Source: Vibrio cholerae ATCC 14035 (GTDB taxonomy: Bacteria; Pseudomonadota; Gammaproteobacteria; Enterobacterales; Vibrionaceae). Taken from it: a DNA stretch of 32,000 bases. The DNA is taken from positions 1 through 32,000 of the forward strand of contig NZ_JHXR01000028.1 of NCBI RefSeq assembly GCF_000621645.1, in the 5' to 3' direction. The translations under genes were made by a program, and so were the position numbers. Shown here one piece after another: positions 25,397-32,000 of the stretch. Positions within the stretch are counted from its first letter, which is position 1, and every line of letters begins with the position of its first letter. Under the pieces are notes generated by a model. That model made no database searches. It had not been told where the DNA came from and worked only from the letters and a program-made list of their open reading frames with translations.

Positions 25397-25412
25397 TTGG
25401 TATAGTCCAAAA
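25397..25412. promoter_or_regulatory. Candidate PhnR (HutC-type) operator, copy C: TTGGTATAGTCCAAAA
   Basis: Identical to copy A. Ends 10 nt upstream of the phnW ATG and contains a TATAGT -10-like hexamer (25401-25406). Confidence 0.55.
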
Positions 25413-25422
25413 AAGGAATAAC

Positions 25423-26526
25423 ATGAAGAATGCTTATCTACTGCTGACACCGGGACCGCTTTCCACCTCAGAATCCGTGCGTGAAGCCATGCTTAAAGAC
25501 TGGTGTACTTGGGATGATGATTACAACTTAGAAATTGTTGAAGTGATCCGCCGCAAACTCGTCACACTGGCCACCACACAATCCGGTTACACCTCGGTGT
25601 TGATGCAAGGCAGTGGCACCGCTTCGGTAGAAGCCACCATTGGAAGCGTGATGTTACCCACCGATAAGCTGCTCGTGATTGATAACGGTGCTTATGGCGC
25701 ACGCATCGCGCAAATCGCGCAGTACCTGAATATCGCATGTCGTGTTATTGCTCCCGGAGAAACGGCGCAGCCTAATCTTGATGAGATTGCCGATGTGCTG
25801 ACCCATGATCCGGCAATTACGCATGTGGCGATTGTGCACTGCGAAACCACCACCGGCATGCTGAACCCGATTGCTGAGGTGGCTAAGATCGCTAAACAGC
25901 ATGGCAAGCGTGTGATTCTCGATGCGATGTCGAGCTTTGGCGGTATTCCGATGGATATTGGTGCTCTGGGTATCGATTTTATGATCAGCTCAGCCAACAA
26001 ATGCATTCAAGGGGTGCCGGGATTTGGTTTTGTGATTGCCAAACGCAGCGAGCTTGAACAGTGCCAAGGCCGCGCACGCTCACTCACTTTAGATTTGTTC
26101 GACCAATGGCAATGTATGGAGAAAAATCACGGCAAGTGGCGTTTTACCTCTCCCACTCATACGGTTCGTGCGTTCTACCAAGCGTTACTTGAGTTGGAGA
26201 GCGAAGGTGGCATCGCGGCGCGCTATCAGCGTTATCAGACCAATCAGACCCAATTGGTGAAAGGCATGCGTGAACTGGGTTTTGCCCCGTTACTCCCAGA
26301 AAAGCTACATTCCCCCATCATCACCTCTTTCTATTCACCTGAACATTCGGATTACCAGTTTGCCGAGTTTTATCAGCGCTTAAAACAGCAAGGCTTTGTG
26401 ATTTATCCCGGCAAAGTCAGTCACGCCGACTGTTTTCGGATTGGCAATATTGGTGAGGTGTATCCGCAAGATATTGAGCGCCTACTGAGCGCCATGCAGC
26501 ACGCAATATATTGGCAACAAGCGTAA
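25423..26526 (+). CDS. phnW: 2-aminoethylphosphonate:pyruvate aminotransferase
   Basis: 367 aa from the ATG at 25423 (AAGGAA SD). Class-V aminotransferase features ([10 protein letters not shown]..., [15 protein letters not shown] with the PLP lysine). Context with phnX. The ORF-track GTG start at 25363 is rejected. Confidence 0.9.
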
Positions 26527-26543
26527 ACGGTTAGGAAAATCCG

Positions 26544-27941
26544 ATGAAAACATTCGATCCCCTCTCGTCATATAGCCCAACTCACTGGCGTAGTGAAGGT
26601 GATATCAATACCACCGCCGCACGTCGCGACTGGCTAACGCATGTGAATGATGAAACTACTCAGAATTTATTACAACGTGACGCGAATGTGTTTCTGCATC
26701 AAGCCATGTCCACACCTTGCCTCGCTCCATTGGCCAGTGCAGCGGGCTGCTATTTGTATGATGTATCAGGGAAAAGTTATCTCGATTTTCATGGCAATAA
26801 TGTGCATCAACTCGGTCATGGTCATCCGCAGGTGATCGAAAAAATCACCGAACAGATGCAAACCTTACCTTTCGCCCCGCGCCGTTTTACCCATGAAACC
26901 GCGATTCGCTGCGCAGAAAAGCTCACGGAGATTGCTGGCGGTGAGCTAAACCGAGTGCTGTTTGCTCCCGGCGGTACTTCAGTGATTGGTATGGCGCTCA
27001 AATTAGCGCGTCATATCACGCAGAATTTTAAAGTGGTCAGTTTGTGGGATGCTTTTCATGGCGCGTCGCTGGATGCGATCTCCGTTGGCGGCGAAGCTTG
27101 TTTCCGCCAAGGCATGGGGCCACTGATGGCAGGCGTGGAGCGCATTCCTCCGGCTATCACCTATCGCGGTGCATTTCCCCGAGAAGACGGCAGCGATGTG
27201 CACTACGCCGATTACTTGGAATACGTGATTGAAAAAGAAGGCGGCATTGGCGCATTCATCGCCGAAGCGGTACGCAATACCGATGTACAAGTACCAAGCC
27301 GCGCCTATTGGCAACGCGTAAGGGAGATCTGCGATAAACACAATGTGCTTTTGATCATTGATGACATTCCCAACGGTATGGGGCGCAGCGGTGAGTGGTT
27401 TACTCACCAAGCGTTCGGCATCGAGCCCGATATTTTGTGTATCGGCAAAGGTTTGGGGGCTGGGCTTATCCCGATTGCCGCCCTACTTACCAAAGAAAAA
27501 TACAACACGGCTGCACAAGTTTCTTTGGGTCACTACACCCATGAAAAAAGCCCACTCGGCTGCGCTGCAGCATTAGCCACGATTGAAGTGATTGAGCAGC
27601 ACAACTTACTCGCCAAAGTGCATGCTGATAGCATTTATATGCGTCAACGTCTTAGTCAAATGCAGCAGCAATTTTCACTGATTGGGGATGTGCGCGGTAT
27701 CGGATTGCTTTGGGGCATCGAACTGGTGATCGATCGCCACACCAAACAGCGTGCTCACGATGAAGCCGAGGCCATACTCTATCACTGCTTACGTCATGGG
27801 CTGAGCTTTAAAGTCTCACAAGGCAATGTGATTCAACTTAGCCCGCCATTGATCATTTCACGCCAAGAGCTGGATCAAGCTCTCGATATTCTCTATTCCG
27901 CTTTGCTCGCAATTAGCCAGCAAATGAATTACTCATATTAA
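26544..27941 (+). CDS. pbfA: Class-III (fold-type I) PLP enzyme in the phnW-phnX cluster; probably PbfA-type (R)-1-hydroxy-2-aminoethylphosphonate ammonia-lyase
   Basis: 465 aa. Class-III aminotransferase pattern (LIIDDIPNGMGRSGEWF; ILCIGKGLGAG with the putative PLP lysine). Located exactly between phnW and phnX, the context in which PbfA was described. The activity is not deducible from sequence alone. Confidence 0.6.
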   Translation: MKTFDPLSSYSPTHWRSEGDINTTAARRDWLTHVNDETTQNLLQRDANVFLHQAMSTPCLAPLASAAGCYLYDVSGKSYLDFHGNNVHQLGHGHPQVIEKITEQMQTLPFAPRRFTHETAIRCAEKLTEIAGGELNRVLFAPGGTSVIGMALKLARHITQNFKVVSLWDAFHGASLDAISVGGEACFRQGMGPLMAGVERIPPAITYRGAFPREDGSDVHYADYLEYVIEKEGGIGAFIAEAVRNTDVQVPSRAYWQRVREICDKHNVLLIIDDIPNGMGRSGEWFTHQAFGIEPDILCIGKGLGAGLIPIAALLTKEKYNTAAQVSLGHYTHEKSPLGCAAALATIEVIEQHNLLAKVHADSIYMRQRLSQMQQQFSLIGDVRGIGLLWGIELVIDRHTKQRAHDEAEAILYHCLRHGLSFKVSQGNVIQLSPPLIISRQELDQALDILYSALLAISQQMNYSY

Positions 27942-27947
27942 GGAAAA

Positions 27948-28763
27948 ATGATGAACTCTCCGATTCAAGCCGTTATTTTCGATTGGGCTGGCACTATTGT
28001 GGATTTTGGATCCTTTGCGCCGACCTCGATTTTTGTTGAAGCTTTCAAGCAAGGCTTTGATTTTGAGATTAGCCTTGCCGAGGCTCGCGAGCCGATGGGA
28101 CTGGGCAAATGGCAGCACATTGAAGCCGTCGGAAAACTCCCAACCGTTGCGCAGCGCTGGCAGAAGCAATTTGGACGCCCGATGCAAGCCAGCGATATTG
28201 ATGCGATTTACGCCGCCTTTATGCCGCTGCAAATCGCCAAAGTCGCCGATCACGCTGCACCGATTCCTCACTCACTTGAAGTGGTTGAGCAGATCCGATC
28301 GCGCGGGATCAAAATCGGCTCTTGCTCTGGTTATCCACGCCAAGTGATGGATGTGCTGATCGCTGCGGCTGCCGATTACGGTTATCGTCCTGATTATGTG
28401 GTTGCTACCGATGATTTAGCGCAAGGTGGCCGCCCCGCCCCTTTTATGGCACTCAAAAATGTCATTGAGCTTGGCGTGACCGATGTACGCGCTTGTGTGA
28501 AAGTCGATGATGCCCTGCCCGGCATCGAGGAAGGTCATAATGCGGGGATGTGGACGGTTGGTTTACTGCTGTCAGGCAACGAAGCCGGGTTAACCCTTGA
28601 AGAGTACCAACATGCTGATGACCAAACGCTACAAGCGGCGCGCGAACGTGCACAAGCCAAACTGCAACAGGCAAAACCGCATTATTTGATCGATACGGTT
28701 GCAGACTTGCCTGCCGTGCTCGCGCAAATTGAGCAAAGATTATTAGCCGGTGAACGCCCTTAA
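27948..28763 (+). CDS. phnX: Phosphonoacetaldehyde hydrolase (phosphonatase)
   Basis: HAD motif [15 protein letters not shown] with the nucleophile Asp. About 270 aa. The AAGGAAA SD overlaps the pbfA stop. The second ATG at 27951 is an equally plausible start. Confidence 0.9.
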   Translation: MMNSPIQAVIFDWAGTIVDFGSFAPTSIFVEAFKQGFDFEISLAEAREPMGLGKWQHIEAVGKLPTVAQRWQKQFGRPMQASDIDAIYAAFMPLQIAKVADHAAPIPHSLEVVEQIRSRGIKIGSCSGYPRQVMDVLIAAAADYGYRPDYVVATDDLAQGGRPAPFMALKNVIELGVTDVRACVKVDDALPGIEEGHNAGMWTVGLLLSGNEAGLTLEEYQHADDQTLQAARERAQAKLQQAKPHYLIDTVADLPAVLAQIEQRLLAGERP

Positions 28764-28883
28764 GTGGTCAGTTCGTTTACTCTATTTCTCGTCCCCCTTC
28801 TAAAAATCTGGTTATCTATTGGGGACTTGAAATCTTCTGCTATGCGAGCTATGGTTAGTCCGACAACTTAACAAAACTGATTG

Positions 28884-28915
28884 ATACCGCCCTGTTTTCA
28901 GGGCGGTATTTATTT
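28884..28915 (+). terminator. Rho-independent terminator
   Basis: ATACCGCCCTG (28884-28894), loop TTTT, CAGGGCGGTAT (28899-28909), followed by TTATTT. Lies 120 nt after the phnX stop. Confidence 0.8.
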
Positions 28916-28927
28916 GGGAGGAATAAA

Positions 28928-29335
28928 ATGTCTCAACTTAATACTATCGTGGTGTCCACTCGCGATATGGACAGAATCAGCCAGTTGATGGATAACCTAG
29001 CCACTTTGTCGCCAGAGCTAGAGAAACTGGAAGAAGAATTGGATCGCGCCACTGTGCTCGAACCTGCAGAGATGCCAGAGGATGTCGTCACTATGAATTC
29101 TACGGTGCGCTTTAAATTTTTGGGCAGCGATGAAGTGATGGAAAAAACCTTGGTGTATCCAAACGATGTGAAAAGCAGCGCGGATGTTTCGATTTTCGCC
29201 CCTGTGGGAAGCGCATTGCTTGGTTTAGCAGTCGGTCAACAACTGGCTTGGCCAATGCCGGGCGGTACTCTCAAAACCCTCGAAATCATCGATATCGTCT
29301 ATCAACCTGAACGCGCTGGCGAATTCCACCGTTAA
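28928..29335 (+). CDS. rnk: Regulator of nucleoside diphosphate kinase (GreA/GreB-family C-terminal domain)
   Basis: 135 aa. EMPEDVVTMNSTVRFK...LVYP...APVGSALLGLAVGQ...WPMPGG...YQPE parallels E. coli Rnk throughout. GGGAGG SD. Confidence 0.85.
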   Translation: MSQLNTIVVSTRDMDRISQLMDNLATLSPELEKLEEELDRATVLEPAEMPEDVVTMNSTVRFKFLGSDEVMEKTLVYPNDVKSSADVSIFAPVGSALLGLAVGQQLAWPMPGGTLKTLEIIDIVYQPERAGEFHR

Positions 29336-29395
29336 TCAGGTATCTGGTGCAAGGTGGTTCACTTTGCACCAGGAGCGCCTCGCTTATTCATGGCA

Positions 29396-30070
29396 TTACG
29401 CCAACAAAATCTCTCTCAGTTCATGCAGTGAAGTCACTTCATAATGTGGCGTAATGCCATCTGGTTTCGGGTGCTGATGAACATTGAGCCAGCAAGTTTC
29501 GATGCCAAAATTCAAGCCACCTAGAATGTCAGAATGTGGATTATCCCCGACCATCAGCACTCGGCTTTTGGTTGGGTTGCCCATACGCTCTAGTGCGTGG
29601 GCAAAAATGCCAGCATCGGGTTTAGCAATCCCGACTTCTTCAGAAATCACAATCTGATCAAAAAAGTCAGTCATGCCGGTTTTAGCCAGCCGAACATCTT
29701 GTAGCTCGGTAAAACCGTTGGTGATAATGCCCAAACGCGCTTTACCTTGTAGCGCCTGCATCAACTCCATCGCGCCCGGTAGCAAGGTACAAATATCCGC
29801 CATGGCTTGTAAAAATGCACTATTAAGCTCGTCAGTGGTGGTATTAAGCTTTTCAGCCCAACCCGCAAAGCGCGTATGTTTGAGCTGCGCGGCAGTAATA
29901 TCGCCGTTTTGGTAATCCACCCACAGCGGTTTATTCACTTCTTGGTATTGGTGAAAATCTTGTTCGGTAAATTCCACGCCTTTGCGCGCGAACATCAGCT
30001 GCATGCCTTTAAAAGCATCGAAATGAAACAAGGTCTCGTCAGCGTCAAATAAGATCCAATCGTACTTCAT
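29396..30070 (-). CDS. yjjG: HAD-IA pyrimidine 5-prime-nucleotidase YjjG
   Basis: [20 protein letters not shown]...[22 protein letters not shown] closely parallels the E. coli YjjG N-terminus. 224 aa. Confidence 0.85.
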   Translation of the reverse strand: MKYDWILFDADETLFHFDAFKGMQLMFARKGVEFTEQDFHQYQEVNKPLWVDYQNGDITAAQLKHTRFAGWAEKLNTTTDELNSAFLQAMADICTLLPGAMELMQALQGKARLGIITNGFTELQDVRLAKTGMTDFFDQIVISEEVGIAKPDAGIFAHALERMGNPTKSRVLMVGDNPHSDILGGLNFGIETCWLNVHQHPKPDGITPHYEVTSLHELREILLA

Positions 30071-30270
30071 GATGATCTCCTTAAAATCAGGCCGACAGTG
30101 TAGTGTTTTTCGCGGCGAATGAACATGGTTATCATTTTGTTAAACCACCAGCAAATATGTAATTTATTTCCGCCAACCGATAGATTCGGTGACTTAGCGC
30201 AAAAAGTAGCCCGACATTTCTTTTTATAAAGAGCCGTGAAGCGATACATTGAACGGCAGAAGGAGTGGTT

Positions 30271-30447
30271 ATGAAGCGTTTTTTCCCGTCAGTAGTGATG
30301 TTGATCCCGTTTGTGGTCAAACGTTACCCCGATCAGGAAGAGTATTCAGCGGCAGAAGATGGCGCGGAGCATGACACTCCTTCCTCGATGGCTCAAGACC
30401 ATCTCACCGACACGTCTAAGGCGCATAAGCAATCTATGGAGGATTAA
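30271..30447 (+). CDS. Candidate 58-aa protein (hydrophobic N-terminus, acidic tail) upstream of elbB
   Basis: The ATG at 30271 is preceded by AGAAGGAG at a 5-nt spacing. Its TAA stop (30445-30447) follows the GGAGG SD of elbB and lies 4 nt upstream of the elbB ATG. No family recognised. Confidence 0.45.
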   Translation: MKRFFPSVVMLIPFVVKRYPDQEEYSAAEDGAEHDTPSSMAQDHLTDTSKAHKQSMED

Positions 30448-30451
30448 TGTC

Positions 30452-31102
30452 ATGAAGAAAGTCGCGGTTATTCTCAGTGGCTGTGGAGTATTCGATGGAG
30501 CAGAGATCCACGAATCGGTGCTTGCGCTGCATGCCATCGAGAAACAAGGAGCCAGTTGGCACTGCTTTGCGCCGAATGTGCAGCAGATGCATGTCATTAA
30601 CCACCTCACGGGTGAAGAGATGCCAGAAACACGCAATGTGTTGGTGGAATCTGCCCGCATTGCGCGCGGAAAAATCCAAGATGTAGCCACACTCAATGTG
30701 AATGAATTTGATGCACTTTTGCTCCCAGGCGGGTTTGGAGCCGCGAAAAATCTCACCGACTTTGCGGTGAAAGGCGCACAGTGCAGTATCAACCCGGATG
30801 TAGCTGCCGCTTGTCTTGCTTTTGCGGATGCGCAAAAACCTGCGGGTTATATCTGTATTGCCCCAACCATCATCCCGATGATTTATGGCGAAGCCGCTCA
30901 AGGCACGATTGGCAATGATCACGGCACCGCAGCCGCATTTAATCAGTTGGGTGGTCAGCATGTGGATTGCCCAGTAGAAGGCATCGTATTTGATGAAAGA
31001 CATAAAGTGCTTTCCACCCCTGCCTACATGCTGGCAGAGAATATTTCCCAAGCCGCTTCCGGTATCGAAAAATTGGTTGAGCGCCTACTGCAACTGGCAT
31101 AG
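30452..31102 (+). CDS. elbB: DJ-1/PfpI-superfamily glyoxalase ElbB
   Basis: 216 aa from the ATG at 30452 (GGAGG SD). MKKVAVILSGCGVFDGAEIHESVLAL...LLPGGFGAAKNL...TPAYML parallels E. coli ElbB throughout. The 47-codon ORF-track extension is rejected. Confidence 0.85.
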   Translation: MKKVAVILSGCGVFDGAEIHESVLALHAIEKQGASWHCFAPNVQQMHVINHLTGEEMPETRNVLVESARIARGKIQDVATLNVNEFDALLLPGGFGAAKNLTDFAVKGAQCSINPDVAAACLAFADAQKPAGYICIAPTIIPMIYGEAAQGTIGNDHGTAAAFNQLGGQHVDCPVEGIVFDERHKVLSTPAYMLAENISQAASGIEKLVERLLQLA

Positions 31103-31125
31103 TGTTTCACAAACTCAATCGATAA

Positions 31126-31156
31126 CAATGCCCACTTTAAGTGGGCATTGGTTTTT
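31126..31156 (+). terminator. Rho-independent terminator of elbB
   Basis: CAATGCCCAC (31126-31135), loop TTTAA, GTGGGCATTG (31141-31150), followed by GTTTTTG. Confidence 0.8.
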
Positions 31157-31372
31157 GTCCTCAGGCCAACACAGAGTCGTCATTTGTTGCACAAATGAAA
31201 CGGCCGCATCAATAATGCTAGGTATATAAAATTTCTGGATGACGAGATTGCGCATAACCAAACAGCGCTATACCCTTGGTAACGTAATCGGTAGCGGAAA
31301 ACCGTTGGCTTCTCCTGATACCGCAGTCACCTTCAATTCAACAATTTATTTATTCAGTTTGGAGAAAACCCA

Positions 31373-31783
31373 ATGAGCTTACTTAAAGAGTTCAAGGCAT
31401 TTGCATCTCGTGGCAATGTGATCGACATGGCAGTCGGTATCATCATTGGTGCGGCGTTTGGCAAAATAGTGTCATCGTTCGTGGCCGATATCATTATGCC
31501 GCCAATCGGTATTATTTTAGGTGGTGTGAATTTTAGCGATCTGAGTTTCGTGTTACTTGCCGCGCAAGGTGATGCCCCTGCTGTAGTGATTGCCTACGGC
31601 AAATTTATCCAAACCGTGGTCGATTTTACGATTATCGCGTTCGCCATTTTCATGGGTTTAAAAGCGATCAATAGCTTGAAGCGTAAGGAAGAAGAAGCGC
31701 CTAAAGCCCCACCTGCGCCAACCAAAGATCAAGAACTGCTTTCTGAAATTCGTGATTTGTTAAAAGCACAGCAAGATAAATAA
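31373..31783 (+). CDS. mscL: Large-conductance mechanosensitive channel
   Basis: 136 aa. [46 protein letters not shown] is the highly conserved MscL N-terminus and TM1. GGAGAAAA SD. Confidence 0.95.
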   Translation: MSLLKEFKAFASRGNVIDMAVGIIIGAAFGKIVSSFVADIIMPPIGIILGGVNFSDLSFVLLAAQGDAPAVVIAYGKFIQTVVDFTIIAFAIFMGLKAINSLKRKEEEAPKAPPAPTKDQELLSEIRDLLKAQQDK

Positions 31784-31804
31784 CTCTGGATGATTTCCCC
31801 TTCT

Positions 31805-31830
31805 AAGGCGCTCACTTGAGCGCCTTTTTC
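31805..31830 (+). terminator. Rho-independent terminator of mscL
   Basis: AAGGCGCTC (31805-31813), loop ACTT, GAGCGCCTT (31818-31826), followed by TTTC. Confidence 0.8.
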
Positions 31831-31934
31831 CATTTTAGCGCGCCGAATAAGAGTAAAAATCTCGTGCTTCAATTGATCAAAATCAGCAATCCGCTAAAAT
31901 CCCAATCGCTCGCAGAATTCACTCCATAAGAATC

Positions 31935-31962
31935 TTTACAAGCCACAATTTATCGCTATGAT
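31935..31962 (+). promoter_or_regulatory. Sigma70-type promoter reading out of the window
   Basis: TTTACA (31935-31940), a 16-nt spacer, then TATGAT (31957-31962). Each hexamer matches consensus 5/6. Confidence 0.55.
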
Positions 31963-31966
31963 TTGC

Positions 31967-31982
31967 GCGCAAACGTTTTCCT
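31967..31982 (+). promoter_or_regulatory. PurR operator (PUR box)
   Basis: GCGCAAACGTTTTCCT compared with the E. coli PUR-box consensus ACGCAAACGTTTTCNT gives 15/16. It sits 5 nt downstream of the -10 hexamer. Confidence 0.6.
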
Positions 31983-32000
31983 CACCATTTTTACCGCTCT

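Noticed and set aside
25363-25422. GTG-initiated 20-codon extension of phnW; also similar over-extensions at 24035-24073 (phnT), 15110-15148 (Nudix), 16344-16373 (DUF333), 14375-14392 (yejA) and 30311-30451 (elbB)
   Set aside because: In each case an internal ATG with a good SD yields the expected family N-terminus or signal peptide. The extensions run through operator, promoter or neighbouring-gene sequence.
27003-28271. Antisense ORFs inside pbfA and phnX (135 aa and 112 aa), and similar antisense ORFs inside sgrR-like, M48, yejF, yejA, phnS and elbB (for example 2072-2422, 4268-4696, 9348-9695, 12911-13228, 24159-24512, 30434-31051)
   Set aside because: All lie entirely within, and opposite to, CDSs with clear family signatures. 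They lack SD sequences and have Arg/Cys/His-rich compositions typical of out-of-frame antisense translation.
29344-29372. CTGGTGCAA...TTGCACCAG hairpin between the convergent rnk and yjjG genes
   Set aside because: A 9-bp stem with an 11-nt loop and no U-tract on either strand. It may be a weak terminator, but support is insufficient to list it as a feature.
31239-31376. 45-codon upstream ORF whose TGA overlaps the mscL ATG (ATGA)
   Set aside because: It has no SD and an unremarkable composition. The start would sit almost at the likely transcription start, and there is no evidence beyond the overlap. It is probably just the mscL leader.
1-32000. Search for CRISPR arrays, tRNA/rRNA genes, integron attC/VCR repeats, toxin-antitoxin pairs, or defence-island gene sets
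   Set aside because: I saw no spaced direct-repeat arrays, no cloverleaf-capable intergenic segments of suitable length, no VCR-like repeats and no recognisable defence or TA domains. Every intergenic gap over 100 bp was read on both strands.

Overview
This 32-kb window reads like an ordinary metabolic and housekeeping stretch of a Vibrio (cholerae-clade) chromosome. That assignment is my inference from protein sequences recognised by eye; no search was run. The features, in order along the window:
- A complete IS481-family insertion sequence sits flush with the left edge.
- A minus-strand operon carries a YdiI/YbdB-type thioesterase, a 77-aa protein, an SgrR-family regulator and a possible 25-codon membrane peptide.
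- Next come an M48 lipoprotein peptidase, a YbcJ-like S4 protein with a long basic tail, and an orphan family-3 binding protein.
- A divergent module pairs two GST genes with a TetR gene and a PPC/DUF296 gene, with twin palindromic operators between them.
- The yejABEF peptide ABC importer is followed by a Nudix hydrolase and a DHH/DHHA1 phosphoesterase.
- Then a DUF333 lipoprotein, a YdcF/DUF218 protein, a POT peptide permease and an EamA transporter.
- A full 2-aminoethylphosphonate (2-AEP) locus is present: phnR, phnS, phnT, a fused permease, phnW, a PbfA-like class-III PLP enzyme and phnX.
- The window ends with rnk, yjjG, a 58-codon ORF, elbB and mscL.

I saw no rRNA, tRNA, CRISPR array, integron cassette, prophage or recognisable defence system, and I cannot support any claim of a new multi-gene system here. 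The best leads are regulatory and small-scale:
- a thrice-repeated HutC-type operator in the phn locus;
- a Pho-box-like direct repeat in the phnS/phnW intergenic region;
- twin TetR-type palindromes between the GST and TetR genes;
- a near-consensus PurR box with a good promoter at the right edge;
- two unannotated small ORFs with strong ribosome-binding sites.

Several ORF-track starts are N-terminally over-extended; I re-called them from Shine-Dalgarno context.
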